Shown piece after piece: positions 14,171 to 33,200 of a stretch of DNA of 64,000 nucleotides (the first letter of the stretch is position 1; the number at the start of each line of letters is the position of its first letter). This DNA is from Chrysomallon squamiferum (taxonomy: Eukaryota; Animalia; Mollusca). The stretch lies in the NCBI GenBank assembly GCA_012295275.1, contig CM022679.1, positions 3,534,001-3,598,000 of the forward strand, given 5' to 3'. The notes beneath the pieces are model-generated. The model saw nothing but the letters and a program-made list of their open reading frames with translations, did not search any database and was not told where the DNA came from. The position numbers and the translations under genes are program-made.

Positions 14171-17100
14171 ATTTGTTTGTTTGTTTTTGTTTTTTTTTAT
14201 CTGTTTTTTTTTTTTTTTTTTTTTTTTTTATTATTTATTTTTTTTTTTTTTGTTACAAAGCTAATATTCATAATTTTTTTTTTTGCAAAAACACAGTGAC
14301 AACGATCGTGCTACGACGACGACGACCACCATCACAACAACAACAACGTTACAACAACAACAATAATGATATTATTATTATTATAAAGAATTATGATGTG
14401 CTTAGAATTTTGGTTCATTTAGTCAGAACAGTATCGAAATATTTAAAAGAAAAATGTTTGTTATTGGCATTAGTAATCGTATGATTAACCATCTGTACAT
14501 TTAGTTGGATTCCATTAATGAAATGAACAAATGAAGGGACTTGAAGTCATATAGATACTGCAGTTCGTAATAACATTTCACGCCGTTCCCTGTTAAAGTT
14601 GCTTCTTGATAAATACCTGAAAGTTTCTAATTTGTTATCGTGCTCCAACCTAGTTATCATATCTGCTGGATAGTAAAATGTCAGTAACAGCAAACATTTT
14701 TTTTTATATATATATATTTTTTTAAATTAAAAAAAAAAAGTAAAAAAAAAAAAAAAAAGAACATTCAGTCTTGGTATTCTGTATAAATGAATAAGTAACA
14801 TTTTATTTATTTATTTAAAATATATGTTAAATGATTTCAGAATAATGGAACATTTACATTTTGTTTTCTTTTTGAGTCATCGAAGCTTTAAAAATGTATA
14901 CGGTACTCTTTTTTTTATTATTATTGATTATAACATTGTAAAAAAAAAAAAATAAAAGAGTTAAATTTTACATTGTCATACTGTTTATGTTTACCTGTTT
15001 TGAATTCATATTATAAAGCTAGATTAAAATAAATTATTTATTTGTTTTTAATATTAGATAATAATGCAGTAATTTAATATAATTTAAAAAAAAAAACGAT
15101 ACCAAAAACCTCTTCTTTATCTTTGTTTGTTTGTATTATTTACTTATTATTGTAGTTTATTTATTTATATACACAAACACATACATACAACGTTAATTTT
15201 ATTATATATTATTATGTAGATAATTATACAGATTTCTAAACTGCGGATCTGAGTTTTAATGCAATCAATGCCTAGATTTTGCAGGAAAACTTTAGAAATG
15301 TCATTCCATAGCCTGATAACATATAAGCCACGTATTGACGTGTTTGGGAAGCCAGGTTAAGACAGTGTTGTTCTCATTAGATATGCTCTGTTGGAATAAG
15401 ATGTTTTTTCATTAAAAAATTTTTTTTAAAACTTTGCAAGACTTGAAAATATATTGATGGTTGAACATTACATCAAAGTCATGTATATGGATGTATGCGC
15501 AGTCAAGTGTATACTTTTCGCTTGAACCGTTATTCTCAAGAAATGTCAGAATCTCAGGTCATCTCAGTAATGATGCAGTTCTCTGACGCACAGTTATGCA
15601 GATGTGAAAACTTGCATCACAGAACTGAGTAGTCTGTGCAATGCAAATGTCAGTTACGACTTCTGTTACGTCTTCCCCGAGTAGCGCAGGAAAATGCAAA
15701 TACTTAGTTTGACATTCTAAGCACGATTTGCATGTTCAGAAAGCTATTTCTGTCAAAAGTTTGCGCCAACTCATTCATATGGCTACCTATTTCCAATTTC
15801 AACAATTTATTAATACATCATCACATGCATACATACATTCACTTTCAGTCTTGTTGTTGTTGTTTTTTTGTTGTTTTTTGTTTTTCTCATTATTTATCCT
15901 ACACTCTAAAACTATCATTTATTTCTTTAATGCATATATTTTTATTCCTAGACGAAAACAATAATGTTACGTAAATAATATAAACAAAATTGATTTACAT
16001 TTCGATATATTATTCAGCGGGACACTAAAATTAAAAGTGAAATATACATTAAACAAACAAATGGAAGTTTAGTACATAGTCTGAATAATAATGAACATAT
16101 ATTAAAATTAAAACAGAATGTAGATGCATATATTTATTTAGCCTATGTTGGCTGGAATACAAACAGAAATATTTGTATGCATTTAAATGTTTAGTTTAAA
16201 TTCCAGGGTATTTCAGTGCATTTTATGTAAGGTCATGACATCAATAAGAATGCCTTAGTCGTTCACCTAACCATCCGCTTGTCTGTCTACATGTCTGGCA
16301 GTCTGTCTATCCATCAGTTTATAAATCTGTCGGTAGACTTATCTTCTGACTGACTGCTTGCATTCTGTTTGTACGTTATTTTAAAATTCACTTAACTTTG
16401 TATGAAACATATTAATGAAAATACGACAGACACAACTAATTTTTTTTTAAATCTTTTTTTTATACAAAAGTAAACAACAACATATTAAACAATCCACAAA
16501 GAATGACAGAGTGTTCGATTAGAGCAATGAGTAACATGATACTGAACGTTTGTCACAGTGTGGCTTAACAAGGCATAGTTAGATTGTCAAAATATATACT
16601 GTTACGACTTTAAATAAAACTTACAATATATATATATATATAAATACTTATATAATGGGTAAACTTCAGAACAATAAATACAGACAAATGCTTCATGCAC
16701 TGCGTCAGAAAATGAATTTAAATCAGCAAAACCTGCAAAATATTTGGTATTAATGTTTATAACTTGTACTTTTTTTTGCATTTTTCTCAACAAATTCAGC
16801 CAGTTTGGTTATTTCACTGAAATGTCTTCCATTATAACTGAAATGTTTTATTATGCAATCAAGAGTACATTTAAGAGATAATATGATTTCCCCCCTTAAA
16901 GTAAAATATAATGTGTGTATGCAAGAAGACAATATTAGTAAACATAACAATACTTTTATTTGTTTTATTGTTTTGAAAAAGACGTAAGTATGTTAGAAGT
17001 TTCTGATGTAAAATGTCCATTTTGTTTTCTTGTTCTGTTAAGCTACATTTAGCTGTTGTGTCTTCAGTTACCGTTCATAAAAAAAAAATAAAAAAAGTAA

Positions 17101-17641
17101 TTACTAATAAGCCTATACCATTTCTTTTATTTACATTCGATAAACGTATGGCTATTGGGTTCGCATTTAAACTTAAAGGATGTGGAAATAGTTTAAAATC
17201 TTTTTATATTAGTTATACAATAATTTGTATTTTCCATTTTTTCAACCTATAAAAATATCTCAGGCACAAGTGGAGATCATTAGAAAACATTAGGTAACAA
17301 GAAAGCTGCTTGTGAAATCTGTGTTGTATAACTTCACTGTAAAGTTAAATAAAGCAAAGACATGGATTTTGTTTCTCGTACTGAAACAGCATTTACGAAT
17401 TCTTACCACAGCACGAACATTATTTTCTTTGGTTGTTATCTTAACACTAACACTAATAAGTGACACACACTCTGGAGCAACTGTTCGGTGGTTTTTACCC
17501 GTAGAATTAGAATTAATAAAGAAGGGAGATGTACAAGAAACATCCATTTTTTTTTTTTATTCATGTATGCTCTGCTTTCGGAAAAACATCACAGATTCAA
17601 CTCCAGGGCTGGTGGTGATGGTCAGGATAATTGTGATGACC

Positions 17642-18832
17642 TCAATCTTCTTCTGGTTTTGAAGAATGTGCAAGAACCAGCGTCACGTGATTGGCGACTG
17701 ACTCACTATAAACCATCCTGAAGCAGTCACAGATAATCCTCCTCAGAACAGCTACAGAAATATATTTTTTTTGGAAGAGTGAAATGTAGGTGACAAATGT
17801 TGCTATTTTTTTTTTTTTTTTTTTTTTTTCGTCACTGCTTTTAGGTTTCGGCAGGTGACGTGGATGTGAAAAGTAAACTGTTATGGTCAATGAAGCAGAC
17901 GTGATTCACACGGCGGGACACACATAGCTGAACTTGCAAATCATGACGGTGAAAGACACTAATCAGCTAAAAAATAGATAAATAGACATTAACAATAAAA
18001 ATATCCACCACCATCACCACCACAACAACAACAATAATGATAATAATAATGATAATAATAATAACAATAATGATAAGATGTTATTTATTCTAAATTTTGT
18101 ATCCTTTATATTAAAACTAATTATTTTATGTATATTTTCTATATACATCTTTTTTTAAATAATAATAATCATATATGTTGGAAGATATTGCATGTCTTTC
18201 ATTTCTTTTGATAATAAACAACACGTGAAATTGATATTTAGAAAAAGAAAAAAAACAACTAAAAAACTATGGAGAATATTATCCGTTTTAAATCGTGGTA
18301 CGTGTTAAACGTGTGCATTCATGTTTTATTTTTAACTCCTGATCACATTCTTTCAAACAGGACAAACTGATTCTTTTTTCCTTTTTTTCTGTTCTTTAAT
18401 TGCAAAAGGTAAACATATTTGCTTAAAACGATCATCTACGGGTAAAAAAAAAAAATACAAACAAAAACACAGCAAAAGAAAAAAAAAATGGTTAAATCTG
18501 CAACAGAACTACTTGAATATAGAAAAGGAAAAAAAAAACAACAACATAGTAAACAGGTTCTCAATAAGAAAGCGCATGAGATAACCTTAAAGATTTTGGT
18601 TCTAAGATAGATATTAATAAATCTGAATTGTTTATTTATTGCTTTAGTTCTCGCGAGAATGATAACCAAAGTGAAATTAAACTATATAATAAAGTAAGGC
18701 TGGGGTAACATCAAAGCACCGTGTAGGCAAACTGACTCAAGTGGGTACCATGCCAGAGGAAATGGAAAAAAATATACTACCTGGCTTGTGGGTAGAAATG
18801 TTCATAGACTTGATCTTCTGAAGTATGTGTAC
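17642..18832 (-). CDS. Putative terminal exons of the PDZ gene
   Basis: Phase-compatible exons 18781-18832 (GTHTSEDQVYEHFYPQAR) and 17642-17717 (MVYSESVANHVTLVLAHSSKPEED*). Direct splicing from 19831 to ccag|AAGAAGATTGA (EED*) reaches the same stop. Supported by splice signals and phase only. Confidence 0.35.
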
Positions 18833-19822
18833 CTAAGACATAGGACAAACCCATTCAATAGTGTGAACAGGCTGTACGTTTCTCCATTGTATAAATGTAA
18901 TGAGGATTCTCAAAGATGCTAATTAAATTAAGGTCCGAAAGGTTTTCTGTCTCTACCTGTTTTGCAAATACTTTCCGACAAAATGTAAAATGTCGGTAAG
19001 GAAACAGAAATATTATAATGAAACAAATAAAAAAAGAAATAAAAGAAAAGTGAAAAATAACTGGCTAAAATGCATATTTTATTATAAAAATAGTTAAAGT
19101 TAAATATCTCAAGGATTAAAAGATCAAAATGACAGAGTTCCCTGTTATATTTAGAACCGCATTTTTTGTTAAGTGGTTGGCAACGTGATTTCCGTAATCA
19201 CAGAGTTCAGATGGTTCAACAGCCATGACTACATTACTTTGTTTCGCGTCAGGACATTTATCGGCAAATTCAACTGTAACCCAGCCATAATGCAATAGTA
19301 AAATAATAAATTATTCATAATTATACAAATCTGTTTTGGAAGGCGTTTCTGCTAATCTATTAATAAAAAATTAACTTCAATCTTACATCATATCAGTTTT
19401 AGAGGCATCTAATTTTTATCATGCAAAAAATCAGAATATGGACTAATACTGACACATTATTTACGTTGACTGTAATCTTAGCAGTTAGATAATGCAATGT
19501 GAATGTTCTGATTTGAGACACACAGTTAATAGAGAATGCTCCACTATTATCTGCAAGATATTAGTTTTCTTACAATGAGCGCACCGAGTTCTGTGTTGTA
19601 GGGAGAAAGGGAGAAAATTTCGCTGTTTCTTGGTTTGGTTTTCTCCATGTATTTATATGATTATCTATGTGTGTCATTCAATACACTGTCTTGTTCCGTG
19701 TGACTTTGGATTTAATTTTTCTCATTATCTTTATTTTTCATTCTTACATAATTTGTCAAGTACTCGACATTTAAATATTCTAAACTAAAGCATCAGTATC
19801 ATATCCTGATTTCATTCAGTTG

Positions 19823-25813
<5,991 letters not shown>

Positions 25814-26123
25814 TGCACAGGGAATGCTGAGGTGTAAACAGACCTCGCTGACAAGTAGCGCAGCTTCACTCACTGGGGTCAGCAGCGTCTGTAAACGATT
25901 TACCTTTTACCTTTAGATCGCGAACAAAACAGCGACTCGGTTCTCTCCCTTTACACGAACACCAACACCAAAAGGCAGCCAAGTTTGCGGTTTCTTTGCC
26001 CGTTTGTATATGATTATTATGATTGTTATTATTATTATTATTATTATTTATTATTTTTATTTTTATTTTTTTATTATTATTATTTATTAGTCTTTTACTT
26101 TCTTTTTAAATATATTTTCTTAG

Positions 26124-26156
<33 letters not shown>

Positions 26157-26264
26157 TATTACTACTTTAAATTTACTTTTTATTTTTTCCTCTTTTTCTT
26201 TCTTTTCCTTTCTTTCTTTTTTTATTTTTATTTTTATTTTTATTTATTTTCTACTTGTGACAGG

Positions 26265-26520
26265 GATCCTGTGTCCAGCAAAATGTTCCCTATTTAAGTT
26301 GGTCAGTAGACAAACAAAACGTCATGACGTTTCTAGGTGACGACCTCTGTTCTAAACGGACACACACGGCGCTCTTCCACGCCCACCACAGCGAAATTCG
26401 TCCATTGTTATCTATCAATCAAACTTTATTCAGAACTTTATTTTGTACATTCGTGATACGCTCACTTACAATTATTACATAAGTGTCGCGGTAAATGGCG
26501 GTTTAGCCTACGGAAATGAT
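26265..26520 (-). promoter_or_regulatory. Candidate promoter of the PDZ gene
   Basis: CpG-rich patch ~0.5 kb upstream of the ATG with CCACGCCCAC (Sp/KLF-type GC box), the palindrome AAACGTCATGACGTTT and CCTATTTAAG (CArG/TATA-like). Motif inspection only. Confidence 0.35.
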
Positions 26521-26785
26521 TCACCTCCTGCTGGTTTAATTTCTGCGCCTTTTGAAAAATAACCGTGCCATGGTTTATCTCGTTCGAATAATTGTTGTGA
26601 ATCAAGTAAACTAGTTTATTAAAATGCTATAAATGTATAAAATGCGTTTGTGGTTTCCTGACTATGTCGGACTGCAAAGGTCATCGTCATACAGTGCAAT
26701 GCTAAAAATCATCAATTATAAACCTGTAATTTCATTCACATGTAAGCAATTGAAATAACTTTACGGTGACTATCTCTAATACATA

Positions 26786-26872
<87 letters not shown>

Positions 26873-29800
26873 GGTTAATAATTAGACATTTTTACTTGAT
26901 AAAAAAATTATATAAAAAGGACTAGTTATATATTAATTTAACAACTGACACTGTTCCTATCGATTACATAAAAAATACATGTTTGTACAATGAGTTAATT
27001 ATATAATATATTCTTTTGATACAAAAGGATCATTGTAATCATATACAAAGTTGTCTTCAATACTGACGATTAATTATTTCATTGTGATATGATTATATAT
27101 CACAGCTAAAAGAATACAAAAAAAAGTCTTCATTTGAAAAATTACAAATAAATTGTTGTTAAAAGAAAGAAATATTAGTGTGTTTAGACATCAGCTTTAT
27201 TCTGCTCAGGTCCTTCAAACCTTCGGAGGATAAAGCTGTTATCTTAAAACAGTAACCATTTACTCCGTGAGCGCGTGCGTGTGTGTTGAATCGATATGTG
27301 CAAATGTTCATTTGCATTCATCTAATTTAACGATACTCAACAATATAATTTATGGTTTAATTTTTCATAATGTTCCTGAGGTAAAACAAAATCTTATGAG
27401 GAAAGGTTTAAAATGATAAACCCAAATGCTCTTTAAAAACGTTAGTTGTTAGTTACTTTTAAACTGCCGAGTTGTTATTATTAAAGGACAGAGCGAACTC
27501 GTGTTTATAAAACTAATGTTGATCATTCGCTCTATGTCAAACAAAGCATATTTTACATGTAAACAATCGATAGTGTTAAATTTTAAACTAATATTCAACC
27601 TTTGTTTTCAATATTATACATTTTAATTACTCAAAACATTTGTGAATCCATATACACAACGTCATTATTAGTATTTAGCTTATGAAAAGCATTTTGCCTG
27701 TGGATTCATAGGTTCACAGGATCAATCCTATTCAGATAATAAAATTTAATGTCAGAACATTTGTATACCAATTATTGAATTTTTATATCATTTATGGTTT
27801 CTACTATTTTGCGATTTGGAAGTATGTGTCGCCATGCAATGAGATACGTTTGCAGTTCGTAATAAATAATCTTTTAATGCAGCTTTCCTTTGAAATGCAT
27901 TATTTTCAACATAGCAATTCACTTTGAGTGAATCAATAAATGTTTACACCTCAAAACATTTTAGTATCAAGGTTTATTAGGAGCTAATGATTCGATTCAT
28001 ACAGAAGAGAAATAAGCTAGGTGGGCTGCTTTTAAAAATTAGCTGTGATGGATATATTACAATCATTATTCCACAGATAGGAAATACGTACTGTATTTTG
28101 TACCTGGGACAACTGGAAGAACGAGCATGTTGAAGAATTTTAATCAGAAATGTTATGCTTACGATTGTCTACAAGCGCGTCAAGGACTGATCGTGTGTTA
28201 TTTCAAGCGAGCGCTCAGCTATTTTGTGTGACCTCCGTAATTGCATCATGATATCTGCAATTTGCAAAACTACACAAAATGTTTTTTGTATGCGGTCTAC
28301 GTCTAGTCATTTGACAGAATGACGTTATCACCGTAATGCATATGCTACATTAATCGTCTGAACATTAAAAAATAATAATAAAAAATAAAAATATTAAAAT
28401 GTTAAGGTGTATTATTAACTAATGTTCCCTTCAAAGAATATGATTAATGTGCATATAAAATACTTATCACCAAAATATGGGATTAAAATCCCGAAACACG
28501 TGTACACACACACGTACACACACACACACAAATAAAATAAAATAAAATAAAATTAAATAAAAATCCTAAAGTATCTGACTATATTCAAATTTCTTAATAT
28601 CTTTTAGTCACAATTATTATATATATGGCAGCAATGTTATTAATAACGTATTCAAAAGAAGACTATTTTAAAGTAAGACGACAACAGCATTCACTGCTAT
28701 GATATCCTCCATTTCTTTTTAAATATTAGCAGCAGTTAATCGTTGATAAACAAGTCTGGGGACAGAGTCTGTGGTTAAAGTGGATATTGTAAATTGTGAA
28801 CCTAGCGTGAAGAGAAATGTTCCAATCTGTAACCCAAAGAGAACAGCTCTTCCAGTCCTTCAATCCAAGCTGAATTTCTTCATTAACAAACACCAAAACT
28901 GTAATAATGACATACTAAATTAAATTAAAAATTTAAATTTAAATTAATGACCTGAATTAAATTTATTTGCATCTTAAATATTATTTAGAATTAAAATGTT
29001 ACACACAATAATTTTATCTGACTTGAAAATTGATGTGAAATAATTTTATTTTGTTAAGTAATATTTTTATTAAGACTGAAAATAAAAAAACATTATTGTC
29101 TTAATTACTAAAATTATGATATCCACTGCACATCTAACAGCCTTTGACCAAATATTAATTAATAATAATTAAAAAACCTACACACTGTTAATAAATGATG
29201 GCGACAACCAGAATTAATACAAATAAACAGTAAAATAAAATTAATATCTTTTTTGTTAGATTTTAATAAAATAAAGAATAGATACAAAATCACGTACACA
29301 TACATTCTTAACATACTTTCATACATATATAAATATACATATCCACACATCCATTCATCAATTTAATAATAATAATAATAACTATTATTAATTTTATTTT
29401 ATTTTACCTTCAATTACAATGTTCTGTTTGGATATTCAATATTTTAGTAAGATTCTCTTCCAGTATTTCACTGTTTAATTTGTTCAGAGTTCACACTAAA
29501 TCTTCTGATGTGCCTGATTTGACTGCAATTTACCAAAAATAAATTTAAAAATTAAAAACAAGCAGAAAGACGTTAACCCCTCTCAATTCTTTTATGTTGT
29601 AGCCAGCATGTTTGGCAATAATTCTAAATGAGTCCTGTCATTTGAAGATCACATATATTAAATATAAACACAGATATTTAGAATTTTTGACGATTACTGT
29701 CTCCAGTGATATCAAATCTGTTCAGTTTGAAAAACAAGGGTTCAGTGATGGGTCAAGTTCCCAGTGTTAAATAAAATCCACACTTTGGAGTCTGATGTTT

Positions 29801-30252
29801 CTTAAACTACTGATCTGATGCATGACACTTTTGTCTTTTCACTTTTCCTTGGTATGATGAATGAAAACACCAAATTACAGCAAAATGTGTTTGAACGGAG
29901 TTAAACCCCTTGACTGATTTGAATACATTTTATCATTCAAACTGGCACAAGTGCATGTAATAAGACTAAATATTAAAACATCACATCTACTCTTGTATAT
30001 CATTTCAAATCCTACTTTTGATCACACAGATTTGCTGGATAATACTGAAATATATTTAATATTTCTCTACACATGATCATATTTGATGATATTTTGGTTT
30101 TAGTTATCTTGTTTGATGCTGTCTAGTTTGACAACAACTGGTTGGTTAGTATTGTTAAGGATGTCACATCTCCTCATCTTCAACAATGTTTGTTACTTTA
30201 CTTTTGTAAAGATGTAAGTCCTAACTAGTGTTAAAAATGAAATTGCCAAGTT

Positions 30253-33200
30253 TCAGCCAAACTGTTTTTGTAACAATTTCTTTTTCATAGTTCTTCGATT
30301 CAGTCTGTCTTCCAGTGCTGCATGTTCCTCTGCAAACAGAGCCTTGAGAACTGGGTTGAATGACGGTAGTAGATGTAGATCACTCAAACTCACCTGCAAT
30401 TTAAACATAACAATAAATAATAATATTTAAAAAAAAATATAAAAATAAAAATAATAACCTACCCCACCAAAAAAAATAAAAATTAAAAAATTTAAAAAAT
30501 ATATATATACAAAATAAATGATAATAATATAATTAAAAAAATTAAAAAAAATTATGGCTATATTATTATAGAACTTCAGTTATTATTACCATAATTATTA
30601 ATGCAAATTTGAATCAAAAATATTTTTAAAAAAATTGAAATTAAGTATTTGTTTAACAGCAAAACTGCCGAAGTATTTAAATAATAAAAACAATAAAAAT
30701 AAAATTGAAATTAAAAAACAGATATTTGATTTAACAATGTACACAATACAATTTTAATCTCTATCATTATTCATAACAAATTTACCCTCATATTATCAAA
30801 AGCAATCCCAACTTTTCCACTCAGACTGTCATTGATGAAAGGAATCTTTGCATAGCGCTGGCTGAAATGGTTTAATAGAACAAACTTGGCCCCCATTTTC
30901 AAACCAATGTCAATTGCCTGGGATGTCGTACTGAATAAAGAAAAGAAACTTGACGATGAATTATTAAATAATGTTAACAAACAAGTCATTTATTATCTAA
31001 TACAGAATGTTAAGTTTGCCTCATATTAAAAAAAAAATTATTATTATTTTTAGGTATTTTCTTTGATTATGTGAGTACTGAGATCACTGAATAGTTTTAT
31101 TATTTCTGGGATATACTTTGTAAAGTTTGGAAATAATCTGCAGACAGATATAGAAGATGATGAATGTTCTCCAACCTTTCACTGCAATTAACATTCATTT
31201 TTACATCAGTTGTTTCTTCAACATACAAAATGTTAATTATGTAAATGTTACTAAACCTAAATTGTTTAACAGATTGTATGTTAAAAAACTGGACTGTGGA
31301 AAGAAATTGTCGAATCAAATTCCACCACAAACAAGCTGATATTCAATTTATTTTAATTCACAACCATACAGGGTGGTTTTTTAACCCACAGAAAAAATAG
31401 CCAGTCTGGAAAAATGTAAACCTGCCAAAACTCTGATGTACTGCTACTGTTATGTTCATGGCTTAGTTAAACTATGACAACTTTCCCAAGAATTATTTTC
31501 CCATAGATGGACAACAGTACCTGTGAGTTTTCAGTTTGGCCTCATCTTCCAAATCATCTTCCATTGTGGCTTCATGAATAAGCAAATCACAGTTTTTCCC
31601 TGATAAATACCAAAAAAGACAGTTAATTATTTGAAAGGACCTCTAAAATACCACTTGATACAAATGAAAATATCACAAACGAATTTAAACTATTTAACTC
31701 TTAAAGAAACAATTCTGAAAAAGAATTCTTACTGGTGATTTTCAGTGAGGTAAGTATATAAGCTTATCTTACCTGCTCGGACCAGGCTGTCACATGGCAT
31801 AGTGTCTCCTGAATAGACTATCTTCCAGCCATCTTTATGTTTAATGGAAACACCAAATGCATTACGACAATGTTGGACATAAACAGGCAGGAACTGAAAA
31901 TATAGAACACTTTTTTTTAAAATTTCATTTATAATCTCCATAATTGGACCAGCTAAAAAGATGTAAACTCTTCCTATATTAAACAAATACAAATACTGTG
32001 TATATAGACAGCATGGTAAACCAAGAAAGAGATTATACAATTACAAATTAAAATTATACAAAATAACATGAAACAATCCTGCACTAGTAATAGAATAAAA
32101 CAAATTAAAACAATAGATAAGAGACAGATGGAATTTAAACCAAAACGGAATCATCAAAATTATAGTACTGAGTCTTCATTTATAGGATAAACAGATAATA
32201 AACCTGAATATTATAAACAGGTTTACAGATAAATAAAACTTTGAAATTACATCAGAGAGTCCCAGGTGGCTGAGTATGAAATTGTAACTTTCCAGCTGTT
32301 CATTCTCCATAGGTCGATGACAAAGATCTTGCAAAGGTATTAAACTAAAACACAACAAAAGCAAAATTTGAATTATTATTTAAATTCTGACAAATAAATA
32401 AATAAAAGATAACTGAATATAATATCAACAAAAATAAATTTAAAATATATTCATTTTTAATTTTAAATATGTATTATAATTTAATAAGAAAAACATTTTC
32501 ACTTTTTTTTCATTTAAGACAGAAAGTGCATACTTTTTTAAAATGTACATTGAATGTCACTCTAAAACCAATGTAACTGTGTTAATGAACCAAAGATCTT
32601 AACTTAAATTTGGGAAGAGGAATTTGGAATAAAGTAATTTTGATTACTGTTAGTTTATATATAATCATTATTTCTTTCATCAAAGATGATATTTACAACC
32701 AACAGTATCCACACTGGAAGCAATATTAGCTTTAAGAATGGTCAGAACTGAAACAAAATCTTTAATAAAAAAAGTGCAAGTTTTACACATTTTTATAATT
32801 ATTTTACTTGGAAAATTAATAAAACTATTTATTTTGATCACTGATAACAGGTGACACAAAACTTACTTGAGTTCTTCACTAACAGATTCAACCTGGGATC
32901 CATAGAACTGCAGCCATTTTGAAATCTGAAGAGGAGCTAGGAGATGCAGTGGTGTTACTGGGAGATTAGCTGACATCAGAGCTCGCTTTCTTTCTGCCAC
33001 AATATTGAACAGACCCTGAACAACACAAATGGTTTTTGATAAAGGAAAATCAGTATTTAAATAATAACATGTAGTGAATATACTTGTTTAAACAAAAAAT
33101 GTGCAGTATCTGAATAATTACTATTTAAGGCAAGGTTTGAAAATTAGTGAACAATGTAGCACAACCACATGAGATATATTGCTTGTTTGAAATGTACATT

